DNA of 40,548 bases from Desulfobacterales bacterium (GCA_050117895.1 JASFLX010000002.1:1-40548); one strand, 5' to 3'; positions 18,474 through 28,032 are shown, numbered from the stretch's first letter. Translations and numbers: made by a program. Notes: a model not told the origin generated them from the letters alone.

Positions 18474-19538
18474 ATGAATTCGGAAAAGAAGAACCTATTG
18501 ATCTTTGGCCTTATTATTTTGATGTTCATCTTTTTTATTGGTAAACGCACGGCTCTTTCTCAACCCGCCCCCCGCGTTTTTATCCTTCACAGTTATGAGC
18601 AAAATCATGTTTGCGGACAGCCACAGCACGACGGCATGGTTGCAATGCTCAAAAAATCAGGTTTTATTGAAAACCGAAATTTTGAGCTTCAAGTATATTA
18701 TATGGATACCAAACGGAAAAACAATACCCCTGAACTCATTCATAAACAGGCAGATATCGCATTACAAAAAATCAAACGGTTTAAACCTGATGTCCTTGCA
18801 ACTCTGGATGACAATGCTTTCAGATGGGTTGCCTTAAAACTTGTGGATTCTGATATTTCCATTGTTTTTTCAGGTTTAAACGGTCAGCCTGAAATGTATA
18901 ACCGGCAGAAATCATTTATGCTTTCCAGAGAAAATCCCGGCCACAATATTACCGGCGTATATGAAAAACTTCATATTATTGATGCGGTACGGGTTCATTC
19001 CAGATTGTTTCCCGATTTTCAAAAATTAAAAATTATCACCGATCAATCTCCCACAGGCAAGGCCGTAAACACACAGATTAAGTTGGAACTCGAAAATGCC
19101 GATATATCCATTGATTGGGAAATGAAAATCGTAAAAGACTGGGATGAATACCAGGCTGAAATTATTTCAGCCAACAATGACCCGCAAATTGGCGCGATTT
19201 ATCCGGTTGCTTTACTTTTGAAAGACCAAAAAGGGAATGTTTATACGGCTCCGGAGATTTTCAAATGGACTACTCAAGTCTCTAAGAAACCGGAAATTGC
19301 CGTGAACTATGTATTTACCAAGATGGGACTGTTTGGTGGCGCCGCTGTGGATTTTTATTCAATGGGACAGCAGGCCGGCCAAATGGTCGTAAAAGTTTTA
19401 AAAGGAAAGGATCCAGGCGTCCTCCCCATTGAAGAAGCATTTCGATATGCACTGGCGTTTAATTTAAAAAGAGCGCGTCAGCTGAATATCGATATTCCCA
19501 ATGAAATTCTGTTGGCCGCTGATGAAGTGATTCAATAA
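18474..19538 (+). CDS. Periplasmic ABC-substrate-binding-like protein (PF04392-type), probable sensor partner of the adjacent kinase
   Basis: N-terminal TM/signal LLIFGLIILMFIFFIG. Periplasmic-binding-protein-like pattern VFILHSYEQNH...DVLATLDDNAF...IVFSGLNG. Its stop lies 18 nt before the kinase start. Confidence 0.7.
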   Translation: MNSEKKNLLIFGLIILMFIFFIGKRTALSQPAPRVFILHSYEQNHVCGQPQHDGMVAMLKKSGFIENRNFELQVYYMDTKRKNNTPELIHKQADIALQKIKRFKPDVLATLDDNAFRWVALKLVDSDISIVFSGLNGQPEMYNRQKSFMLSRENPGHNITGVYEKLHIIDAVRVHSRLFPDFQKLKIITDQSPTGKAVNTQIKLELENADISIDWEMKIVKDWDEYQAEIISANNDPQIGAIYPVALLLKDQKGNVYTAPEIFKWTTQVSKKPEIAVNYVFTKMGLFGGAAVDFYSMGQQAGQMVVKVLKGKDPGVLPIEEAFRYALAFNLKRARQLNIDIPNEILLAADEVIQ

Positions 19539-19556
19539 CCGTTGTGAGGTGGCGAT

Positions 19557-22133
19557 TTGAATAAAAAGTTTTCAAGATTTCTAACGCTAACATTATTGGG
19601 TTTTATCGGTTTGTCTCTCACTCTAGTGGTGGGAAGTCTATACGGCCTCCTGAGTACGACCATGGTGAAAGAGTTTTCCAATGAACTGAAAGTCGTACAA
19701 TCAGAGGTATGTATGGCGCTTCAAGAACGCTTTAATTTATTGGAAACCCGGGTCAAGGAAGCGAGTTTAAACAATGCCATTCGAGTAAACCTCATGTTGG
19801 GGGTAAGGAGTCAGCTTTCCGAGCTTCTGAAAACACACCGTCCGTTTATTAGAGGTGCTTACTTTTTCATTCAGGAGAAAGGGGATTCCCAATTCATTCC
19901 TGAAATCCCGGACAGTTACAAGGCCTCGATACCGTCTTTAACCCAAATTAGCCGGATGAGTGATTTCCAAAACATCAAATTCCAAAATTACGGCGACGGC
20001 ATATGTACTTCATTAATCTCCTGCCCCATTTTAAGAAAAGATGAACGTCTTGGAACCATTTATGCGATCTACGATTTGTCTTTAGACACTCAATTCTGGA
20101 AGCGATTTAAAAACAACATGAATGAACGGTTGCTGATTCAGAGCAAGGGAGACCTTGTAGATCTGCATACATCCCAGTCCGTGCGTCCCCCATCCAAAAT
20201 TCGAAGTCTTTTTATCAATGGATTTGAATCCCCTAAGGTTGATCTGTTTCAAAATTGCAGCTTTGTGGGATTAAAAGAATTTCCGGACCTCTTTTACGCG
20301 ATTTCTTCCAAGTCGCTTCATAATAAGAAACACGCTTTATTCATTAAACTCACTGGCCTTTGCACGATTATTTTCCTTTTAACACTCATCGTGTCTTTTC
20401 AGCTGATCAAAAAAATAACCGAACCCCTGGAATCCATGGCGGAACAGGCGCTGAAAATTTCCCAAAAACCGTCGAGCTTCTTCTTGCATGAAAAAGAAAT
20501 TAGATATGTTGAGTTCCAAAAGCTGGCCCAAGGATTCAATCAAGTATTGAGAAGCCTTCTCGAGGCTCAGGAGGAACTTAAAAGACAGACCCAAAAAAAA
20601 CTGGATGCCAGCGAAGAGTTATATCGTCGCACATTGGAAGCCGCACCCGACTCCATCACCATATCCAGACTTAAAGACGGTTGTTTTCAGCAAGTCAACC
20701 AGGCTTTTTCTAAAATGACCGGTTATTCGTTAGGGGAAGCTTTGGGTAAAACTTCTTTTGATTTAAATCTATACAATAATCCGTTAGATCGTGAGCATTT
20801 GATTAAAGAGATCCATGAAAAAGGCGAAGTAAACGGTTTGGAGATTCAGTTCCGGAAAAAGGATGGAACCGTTTTGGATACACTTCTTTCGGTCAGAACC
20901 ATTCAATTCGGTGAAGAAGAATGCATGATTGCCGTCGCCTCTGATATCACCGAGCTAAAACGAGCACAAGAAGAAAAAAAGAAGTTGGAAACCCAACTTC
21001 AACACGCCCAAAAGATGGAAGCTATCGGCACCCTTGCCGGTGGCGTAGCACACGATTTTAACAATCTTCTTGGAATCATTACCGGAAATGTGGAATTGGC
21101 CTTGGATACGGTTCTGGAATCGAATCCGGCCAGATTCAATCTTGACGAAATTCGAACAGCAAGCTGGCGGGCAAGGGATGTCGTCAGACAGTTACTCAGT
21201 TTTGCTCGCAAAACCGCCTTTGAACGAAAACCAATCAAAATTATTCCGATCATTAGAGAATCTATTCAACTTTTGCGGGCAACGATTCCAACCAACATTG
21301 AGATTCGACAGCATATAACAAATGCAAATGATACGGTGCTTGCCGATCAAACACAGATTCAGCAGGTGTTGATAAACTTAATTACCAACGCGTATCATGC
21401 TTTGGTAGAAACCGGAGGCATTATTGAAATCGGAATACAAGAAATCGTTTTGAAGGCAAATTCATTTTCATCTACGTTTGACTTGATTCCCGGTAAATAT
21501 TTAAAAATAGCGGTGAGCGACACCGGTCAGGGCATCGCTCCTAACGTTATAGATCGGATTTTTGATCCGTATTTTACTACAAAAGGAGTCGGAAAAGGCA
21601 GCGGCATGGGGTTGTCGGTGGTGCACGGTATTATCAAAAGTCACAATGGTGCGATTTCCGTTAAAAGCAAAATCGGGGAGGGCACCACTTTTATTATATT
21701 ATTGCCCGTCATTGAAAAAGAAGCTGTGGAACACGCTGAGCCTGTTAAAATGTTCCCTACCGGGAGTGAAAATATATTGTTTGTTGATGATGAAGAAGCC
21801 ATGACTCATGTGGGGAGAAATCGACTGGAAGGATTGGGGTATCATGTTGAAACCCGGACGAATCCTGTTGAAGCCCTGGAATTATTTCATAGGAATCATG
21901 ATCAATTTGATTTGGTAATTACCGACATGACCATGCCCCAGATGACCGGAGACCGACTGGTTAAGGAGATTTTGAAGATTCGGCCGGATATGCCGACCAT
22001 TTTATGCACGGGTTTCAGTGAAAATATCGATGAAGAAAAGGCAAAAGAAATCGGAGTCTGCCAATATATTGAAAAACCCTTTAACCGGTCTGTTTTGGCC
22101 AGCACAGTTCGGAAAGCACTTGATGAAAGCTGA
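19557..22133 (+). CDS. Hybrid sensor histidine kinase (2 TM periplasmic sensor - HAMP - PAS - HisKA - HATPase - receiver)
   Basis: TTG start with GAGGTGG SD. H-box GGVAHDFNNLLGII, N-box LINLITNAYHA, G-boxes DTGQGI and GSGMGLS. Receiver motifs ILFVDDEE, LVITDMTMPQMTG and ILCTGF. Confidence 0.9.
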   Translation: MNKKFSRFLTLTLLGFIGLSLTLVVGSLYGLLSTTMVKEFSNELKVVQSEVCMALQERFNLLETRVKEASLNNAIRVNLMLGVRSQLSELLKTHRPFIRGAYFFIQEKGDSQFIPEIPDSYKASIPSLTQISRMSDFQNIKFQNYGDGICTSLISCPILRKDERLGTIYAIYDLSLDTQFWKRFKNNMNERLLIQSKGDLVDLHTSQSVRPPSKIRSLFINGFESPKVDLFQNCSFVGLKEFPDLFYAISSKSLHNKKHALFIKLTGLCTIIFLLTLIVSFQLIKKITEPLESMAEQALKISQKPSSFFLHEKEIRYVEFQKLAQGFNQVLRSLLEAQEELKRQTQKKLDASEELYRRTLEAAPDSITISRLKDGCFQQVNQAFSKMTGYSLGEALGKTSFDLNLYNNPLDREHLIKEIHEKGEVNGLEIQFRKKDGTVLDTLLSVRTIQFGEEECMIAVASDITELKRAQEEKKKLETQLQHAQKMEAIGTLAGGVAHDFNNLLGIITGNVELALDTVLESNPARFNLDEIRTASWRARDVVRQLLSFARKTAFERKPIKIIPIIRESIQLLRATIPTNIEIRQHITNANDTVLADQTQIQQVLINLITNAYHALVETGGIIEIGIQEIVLKANSFSSTFDLIPGKYLKIAVSDTGQGIAPNVIDRIFDPYFTTKGVGKGSGMGLSVVHGIIKSHNGAISVKSKIGEGTTFIILLPVIEKEAVEHAEPVKMFPTGSENILFVDDEEAMTHVGRNRLEGLGYHVETRTNPVEALELFHRNHDQFDLVITDMTMPQMTGDRLVKEILKIRPDMPTILCTGFSENIDEEKAKEIGVCQYIEKPFNRSVLASTVRKALDES

Positions 22134-22205
22134 CAGTCCGACCCTTATATTTTTTTCTCGATCCGGAAAATATCAGCAGTTCTCTTGGCAAAACATTAGA
22201 AGCAA

Positions 22206-22335
22206 TTTCAAAACCTCCCCTCAGGCCCAATTTCTGTGTTGGGCCGAGGGATTCAATCCTCGAAATATTACATATATTCCTGCGTTTGAATCCCTCGGCC
22301 CGCCTTGACCTTGAATCTGATTGAAGGTTTTGAAA
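22206..22335. repeat. Nested-hairpin intergenic element, copy A (related to 27869-28012)
   Basis: 11-bp outer inverted repeat TTTCAAAACCT (22206-22216) / AGGTTTTGAAA (22325-22335). Hairpin GGCCCAA (22224-22230) / TTGGGCC (22239-22245). 16-bp perfect inverted repeat 22241-22256 / 22286-22301. Core TTCAATCCTCGA...CCTGCGnTTGAA is shared with copy B. Confidence 0.55.
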
Positions 22336-22427
22336 CCACTTCTACTCAATTTATCCGCTTCAAGTTCCTCCGTGGGCATAGGGTTAAAAATCATATATCT
22401 GGTTTTATATACTAAAAAGAGTAAGAT

Positions 22428-22892
22428 ATGGTTCCATTTCATTTGCTTTTGGTCGATGATGAACAATCGTTCGTTGAAATCATGAGCCAACGCTTACGTA
22501 GAAGGGGCTTCATTGTATCGTATGCATGTAGTGGGCAAGAGGCACTCCATCGACTTGAAGGGGACGACAGCATTGAGGTGGTTGTTCTTGATGTTAAAAT
22601 GCCGGGGATGGACGGTATTGAAACCATTCGGATGATCAAAAAAAAACGCCCCCTTGTGAAAATCATCATGCTCACCGGTCACGCTACGGTTAATTCCGCC
22701 ATTGAGGCCATGAAATTGGGCGCCTCGGATTATCTAATGAAGCCATGTGACCTGGAGGAACTTGTTCTCAAAGTTAAAGCAGCAGCTAACAAAAAAAGAA
22801 GTCATGAAACCAAAATCCTCGAAGCACGCATGAAACCCTACATCTCCAAACGAGACAAGGACAAAATTATATCCAAGATATTGGATTCTTAA
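22428..22892 (+). CDS. Single-domain response regulator (CheY-like receiver with short C-terminal tail)
   Basis: LLLVDDE, phospho-acceptor context VVVLDVKMPGMDG, LTGH and the conserved Lys in DYLMKP. Confidence 0.9.
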   Translation: MVPFHLLLVDDEQSFVEIMSQRLRRRGFIVSYACSGQEALHRLEGDDSIEVVVLDVKMPGMDGIETIRMIKKKRPLVKIIMLTGHATVNSAIEAMKLGASDYLMKPCDLEELVLKVKAAANKKRSHETKILEARMKPYISKRDKDKIISKILDS

Positions 22893-22937
22893 AAAAGGTT
22901 CAGGGAGATATCTTTTTGATTTGAGAGGGATATTACA

Positions 22938-23441
22938 GTGAAGAATAATATTACTATCCGTTGCATGGAATGCGGGACTGTCTGCAGCAAAGAGGAATCT
23001 TTTATTATCGACAACAAGAATGTTTGCAGTAGATGTCTATTCGGGGATATTTCACCGGTGAAGATCTACCCTATTGGTTTTGTTGTAAACAAACAGGACA
23101 GAGACAGCAGTGACTTTGGTTTACGTGGAAAAAGTCAAACTTCGCGAATCGAACTGTTTCCTTCGCAAAAGCCATTTATGTACAAACTGGAAGATGAACG
23201 AAATCTTACGATTGTTTATTGTTTGCATAAAGCGCGTCCGGTCAGAAGCAGATTCAAGCGGGGATTGGACGGTAAAGAAGTGGGTGTATTTGCTTCGCGT
23301 ACGCCGGACAGACTCTCAAGGATTGGTATTCAGGACGTTCGGCTGGTTAAGGTTGAAGGGACCACATTGGTTGTCAAAGGATTGGATGCCATTAACGGTA
23401 CCCCCGTGCTGGACATTAAATTGAAAAGGAAAATACTGTAA
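22938..23441 (+). CDS. TsaA/TrmO-like (UPF0066, YaeB family) SAM-dependent methyltransferase with N-terminal CxxC...CxxC zinc ribbon
   Basis: GTG start with GAGAGGGA SD. Zn-ribbon CMECGTVC...CSRC. TsaA-like blocks IYPIGFVVN, VGVFASRTPDRLSRIGIQDVRLVKVEG and LDAINGTPVLDIK. Confidence 0.7.
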   Translation: MKNNITIRCMECGTVCSKEESFIIDNKNVCSRCLFGDISPVKIYPIGFVVNKQDRDSSDFGLRGKSQTSRIELFPSQKPFMYKLEDERNLTIVYCLHKARPVRSRFKRGLDGKEVGVFASRTPDRLSRIGIQDVRLVKVEGTTLVVKGLDAINGTPVLDIKLKRKIL

Positions 23442-23644
23442 GTATCGAAAGGTTATAAAATTGGTAAAGTGGGAATAAGAAAATCGTCCGATTCGATTTT
23501 TGAATCTAACTTGCTTTTTTATATAAAAGCATTTATTAGATTACGTTGTACAGTTATCCAACTGAATTCTCTAAGTTTATGCTGAGGAACGAAGTGCTCA
23601 CAATTAAAATGTCTTAAACACAAGGATTCTATGATTAGAAGCCT

Positions 23645-24406
23645 ATGATTACGGTTTGTGTTGAGCGTTCCGGTAAAATAGAAAATATTATGTCCGTTCA
23701 TCTAAAAAGCATCACACTAAGGCCCGAGAAATACCCTACCCGGGATCACTATCCCTTTACCCTGCCCATCTTTCATCAAACCAAACATCTATCCTTGGAT
23801 ACGCCTGTGACGTTCTTTTTGGGCGAGAATGGCACCGGCAAATCTACCCTTTTGGAGGCGCTGGCGCACGCCTGTGATATCCATATCTGGCGGGTTTCCG
23901 AGGGCCCCCGTTACCAAGTCAACCGTTTCGAAGGGCAACTGTATAATTATGTTTCTTTGGAATGGTCCAATGGTCGCGTTTCCGGTTCTTTCTTCGGTTC
24001 GGAGATGTTCAAGGATTTCGCCAATATTCTGGATGAGTGGGCGGTGACGGATCCTGGCCAACTGAAATACTTTGGCGGCAAGTCCTTGGTGACTCAGTCT
24101 CACGGTCAATCTCTGATGTCCTATTTTCGCAACCGGTACCGGATAGAGGGCATCTACTTGCTCGATGAACCCGAGACCGCGCTTTCGCCACGCAGTCAGC
24201 TTGAGTTGCTGGAGATTCTGGGCAAAAATAGCCGGGCCGGTCACGCCCAGTTCATTATCGCGACGCACTCACCGATACTGCTCGCCTGCGCCGGAGCCAG
24301 GATATACAGTTTTGACCACGTGCCTGTCTGTCCGGTGACATATGAAGAAACCGAGCATTACCGGATTTACAAGAATTTTCTAATGGATCGAAAAAAATAT
24401 CTGTAA
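23645..24406 (+). CDS. AAA/ABC-type ATPase of unknown function (COG3910-like)
   Basis: Walker A GENGTGKSTLLEAL, Q-loop/signature-like SHGQS, Walker B IYLLDEPETALSP and H-loop IIATHSP. The true start may be Met16 at 23690. Confidence 0.8.
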   Translation: MITVCVERSGKIENIMSVHLKSITLRPEKYPTRDHYPFTLPIFHQTKHLSLDTPVTFFLGENGTGKSTLLEALAHACDIHIWRVSEGPRYQVNRFEGQLYNYVSLEWSNGRVSGSFFGSEMFKDFANILDEWAVTDPGQLKYFGGKSLVTQSHGQSLMSYFRNRYRIEGIYLLDEPETALSPRSQLELLEILGKNSRAGHAQFIIATHSPILLACAGARIYSFDHVPVCPVTYEETEHYRIYKNFLMDRKKYL

Positions 24407-24462
24407 CTGGTAAAACACCGCTTCTAACGTATTCCAAAAAAATCAAAAAACAAAGGAAACCC

Positions 24463-25326
24463 ATGAAAAATCTAATGTTGGGAATTATTCTTAATCTTTG
24501 CCTTAGCCTGTCAGTTGCCGCCGACACTTCTTTATGGAAAGTTCAAGGGCATACATCCGTTACATACATCGGAGGCACCTGTCATGTATTGCGGAAGACG
24601 GATTACCCTTTGCCGGAGGAATTTGTAAGAGCATACGAGGATTCTGATATTATTGTTTTCGAGACGGAAATTGGTGAGTTGAACCGTCAGGAAACACAAG
24701 AAATGATAATCAAAAAAGGCTGTTACAATGACAATTTGAGTCTTGACAAAGTGTTATCGCCCCAGACCTACGATCTTTTAAAACGATATTGTGAAACTTC
24801 GGGAATTCCGGTCTTTTCATTGAACAAGTTTAAGCCGTCCATGGTTGTTTTAACGCTGTTGGGATTAGAGTTGCAGAAGCTGGGCATTGATCAAACGGGT
24901 GTTGACAATTATTTTTACCATAAGGCAACAACGGCGGAGAAAAAGATTGAAGGGTTAGAGAGTGTTAAAGAACAAATCGAATTTGTTCTGTCCATGGGTG
25001 AAGGTAGCGAGGACGATTTCATTGACCATGCAATTAAAGAGTTAAAGAAAACAAGGCAAATACTCAATGATCTCATCGCTGCCTGGAAACAAGGCGATGA
25101 GGATAAATTATATAAGCTATGTCTGGCACCCATGAAAAAGGAGTATCCGAAGCTTTATGAAACCCTAATCGCCGACCGAAACCGTGAATGGTTATTAAAA
25201 ATTGAACACTATCTTCAAACTTCCCAAAATGAATTGATCTTGGTGGGCGTGGGGCATCTGGTTGGCGAAGACGGAATTATCGAACATTTGATAAAATCTG
25301 GCTATAAAGTCAATAAGTTCAATTAG
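24463..25326 (+). CDS. TraB/GumN (Tiki-like) family protein, secreted
   Basis: Signal peptide LGIILNLCLSLSVAA/D. Family motifs IGGTCHVL near the N-terminus and LILVGVGHLVGEDGI near the C-terminus. Confidence 0.8.
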   Translation: MKNLMLGIILNLCLSLSVAADTSLWKVQGHTSVTYIGGTCHVLRKTDYPLPEEFVRAYEDSDIIVFETEIGELNRQETQEMIIKKGCYNDNLSLDKVLSPQTYDLLKRYCETSGIPVFSLNKFKPSMVVLTLLGLELQKLGIDQTGVDNYFYHKATTAEKKIEGLESVKEQIEFVLSMGEGSEDDFIDHAIKELKKTRQILNDLIAAWKQGDEDKLYKLCLAPMKKEYPKLYETLIADRNREWLLKIEHYLQTSQNELILVGVGHLVGEDGIIEHLIKSGYKVNKFN

Positions 25327-25611
25327 TCAGTATCCATCCAAAACTCATACGCTATCTGATCAACTCTGATTGAGAGCGTATCAATCCGGTCTCTTTATCT
25401 TTCGTTGCAGGAAAAATCATCTGATGTTATATTCAAAACTGAATCGAACGATTTTTTATTCGATTTGCACCGATTTTTTTGTGCATTAGGGATCCGTGAA
25501 AATCCTCGACATATCCATTCCCGTGTCTTTTAAAGGCATTTTTGGCGAACCCTTATGCATCAAGATCTCAGCACATATCTTGTCAAAAAATTGCTTTACT
25601 TGGGTTAACAT

Positions 25612-27063
25612 ATGCCAATCAAAATAAATACAAAACGTTTTTCTAAAAGAACCAAGATTGTTGCCACACTGGGTCCGGCCAGCGATAGTCAGGACACGCT
25701 GCACAAGATGATTCTTGCCGGATTAGATGTGGTCCGTATTAACTTTTCTCACGGCTCCCACGAATATCTCGATCCTCTGATCAAACGGATCCGGAAATTA
25801 AACGAGGAAATGGAAGTCCCTATTCCCATTATCGGTGATTTGCGAGGCCCTCGCATTCGCGTGGGAGAAATTGAAGGTCATACCGTTGACCTCAAAACAG
25901 ATCAAAAAATATGTTTGACTCCACAAAAAATAGCAGGAAACCATGAATTTGTTTCAGTGAGTTATCCGGACATGGCCAGGGATGTGCAGAGGGGCAGCCG
26001 GATTCTGCTTGATGACGGAAACATTGAACTTGAAGTGGAAAAAATTGAAATCAATGGCGACGTATGGTGCCGCGTAAGCCAAGGCGGCAAGCTATCCAGT
26101 CACCGGGGCATAAATCTTCCGGGACTAGGGGTCAGCCTACCGTCAATCACCCGTAAGGATTTTGTTGATATTGATTTTGCCATTACTCAACAAATTGATT
26201 TTCTGGCGCTGTCTTTTGTGCAATGTGCCGGTGATGTGCGCCGGTTAAAAGACCATTTGGCCCAAAAAGGAGCGGATATTCCGGTCATCGCCAAAATTGA
26301 ACGGCAGAATGCTTTAGATGATATTGAAAAAATTGTTGGGGAGGCCGATGGAGTTATGGTGGCCCGGGGTGATCTGGCTCTGGAAATGAGTTTACAAGAC
26401 GTGCCCATTGCCCAAAAACGCATCATTGATATTTGCCGCCATGCCGCCATTCCGGTTATTACGGCCACTCAAATGCTGGAGTCCATGATTGATATGCGCA
26501 AACCCACTCGTGCTGAGGCCTCAGATGTAACCAACGCTATTTTAGACGGCACGGACGCCCTGATGCTGTCCGCTGAAACGTCCATCGGCCGGTATCCGGT
26601 TGAAACCGTGTCGACCATGTCGACACTGGCGGTTTCCACGGAAACGGCATGGTTTGAGGGCAAGCTGTCCGGGGCTTTGCCGTTTACTCCGTCCCGGGAG
26701 ATCGAGCCGACGGTTGCGTATGCCGGCAATTTAGTGGCCAATACGTTATCAGCCAAAGCGATTGTTGCCTACACCGCCTCCGGTATGACCGCCCGCCGGC
26801 TGGTCTGCCACCGGCCTCACCGGCCCGTGCTGGCCTTGGCTGCATCGCCCAAAATCCAGCGACGACTGGCCTTAACCTGGGGTGTGGAAAGCGCGCGAGT
26901 CAAAATTATCAAAGAAACGGACGACATTGTTCATGTTGCGCTCAGTGAGGTACAACGTTGCGGCCTCGCAGGTAAGGGAGACACCATTGTAATTATTGCC
27001 GGCACCCCCCCTCATGGTCAAAGCGGTCGCACCAATACCCTTAAGGTTGAACGAATTCCGTAA
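25612..27063 (+). CDS. pyk: Pyruvate kinase
   Basis: 483 aa. TKIVATLGPAS, VVRINFSHG, IAKIERQ, GVMVARGDLALE and ATQMLESM motifs in canonical order. Confidence 0.95.
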   Translation: MPIKINTKRFSKRTKIVATLGPASDSQDTLHKMILAGLDVVRINFSHGSHEYLDPLIKRIRKLNEEMEVPIPIIGDLRGPRIRVGEIEGHTVDLKTDQKICLTPQKIAGNHEFVSVSYPDMARDVQRGSRILLDDGNIELEVEKIEINGDVWCRVSQGGKLSSHRGINLPGLGVSLPSITRKDFVDIDFAITQQIDFLALSFVQCAGDVRRLKDHLAQKGADIPVIAKIERQNALDDIEKIVGEADGVMVARGDLALEMSLQDVPIAQKRIIDICRHAAIPVITATQMLESMIDMRKPTRAEASDVTNAILDGTDALMLSAETSIGRYPVETVSTMSTLAVSTETAWFEGKLSGALPFTPSREIEPTVAYAGNLVANTLSAKAIVAYTASGMTARRLVCHRPHRPVLALAASPKIQRRLALTWGVESARVKIIKETDDIVHVALSEVQRCGLAGKGDTIVIIAGTPPHGQSGRTNTLKVERIP

Positions 27064-27140
27064 CTATCGGGTGGGTCAATGCCGGTAATAATGAAATCTT
27101 TCGGAAATTATACAACTTATCGAAAATAAAAGAGTGATAT

Positions 27141-27866
27141 ATGAAAGTCGCAATTATTTCCGATATTCATGGTAATTTGGATGCGTTTGGACAAGTTTTG
27201 ATCGATATTGAAGCTTGGGGTATTGATGCCGTTGTTTGTCTGGGGGACAATGTGGGCTATGGACCCGAGCCGGAACAGGTGATTCGACAGGTTCGAGAAC
27301 GCAATATTCCGTGTGTTATGGGAAATCATGAGCGGGCGGTGTTAGATGGTGAATATTTGAACTGGTTTAATCCAACCGCCCGGAGATCTTTGCAACAAAC
27401 AATGACTCTATTGTCCGAGGAATCCTTTGATTATATTCGCGGCATGAAATCATCTTTAGTGATGTACGAAAGTCGATTTGTTCACGGGTTTCCACCGGAT
27501 TCCATGAATATCTATTTATTTCAGGTTTCCAAAGACACTCTCGAACAGACTTTTAGAGAAATGAAAGAAAGAATTTGCTTTGTGGGGCATACCCATGAGC
27601 TGAAACTTATCGGATTTGACGGTAAAATATCCCAATATATTTCCCTTGGAAAAAGGACTGTAACTTTCCATAAAGACAGAAAATATATCGTCAATGTGGG
27701 CAGCGTCGGACAACCCAGAGACAGAAATAACAATGCAAAATACGTAATTTGGAATACATCGGAGGATTCCCTTGAAGTAAGATTTGTTCCTTATGATATT
27801 GCAGCGGTGGTCAGTAAAATCATGGCCGCGGGACTTCCCAAAGTTCACGCGGATCGGTTATGGTAA
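27141..27866 (+). CDS. Metallophosphoesterase (calcineurin-like, YfcE/MJ0936-type)
   Basis: Canonical motif series ISDIHGN, CLGDNVGYGP, GNHE, VGHTH and NVGSVGQPRD. Confidence 0.85.
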   Translation: MKVAIISDIHGNLDAFGQVLIDIEAWGIDAVVCLGDNVGYGPEPEQVIRQVRERNIPCVMGNHERAVLDGEYLNWFNPTARRSLQQTMTLLSEESFDYIRGMKSSLVMYESRFVHGFPPDSMNIYLFQVSKDTLEQTFREMKERICFVGHTHELKLIGFDGKISQYISLGKRTVTFHKDRKYIVNVGSVGQPRDRNNNAKYVIWNTSEDSLEVRFVPYDIAAVVSKIMAAGLPKVHADRLW

Positions 27867-27868
27867 CG

Positions 27869-28012
27869 AGTGTCCATCCATAAACGGCATCTTTCGGCCT
27901 CCGGCAGCGTTCTCGCTCGTTTTCAATCCTCGACATAGCGCGCTATGCCTGCGGTTGAAAACTCGCTCGGGCCTTACCGGAAACCAAAATCTACCATTTA
28001 TGGATGGACACT
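27869..28012. repeat. Nested-hairpin intergenic element, copy B (related to 22206-22335)
   Basis: 16-bp perfect terminal inverted repeat AGTGTCCATCCATAAA (27869-27884) / TTTATGGATGGACACT (27997-28012). Inner stem GTTTTCAA (27919-27926) / TTGAAAAC (27955-27962). Apical 12-bp palindrome ATAGCGCGCTAT (27935-27946). Core TTCAATCCTCGA (27922-27933) and CCTGCGgTTGAA (27948-27959) are shared with copy A. Confidence 0.6.
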
Positions 28013-28032
28013 AAATAAAATCCAAATATAAA

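Noticed and set aside
22018-22490. ORFs 22018-22308 (+) and 22221-22490 (-) spanning the kinase-regulator spacer, and ORF 27784-28014 spanning the phosphoesterase-kinase spacer
   Set aside because: They read straight through the inverted-repeat elements and overlap neighbouring real genes. Their similar peptide fragments (GFNPRN... and VFNPRH...) simply mirror the shared nucleotide core.
22206-28012. Integron attC sites as an explanation for the two inverted-repeat elements
   Set aside because: The termini do not fit the RYYYAAC / GTTRRRY core sites. The window integrase is a short (278 aa) XerD-like protein 21 kb away, without the extra IntI domain. The flanking genes are an ordinary signalling operon, not cassettes.
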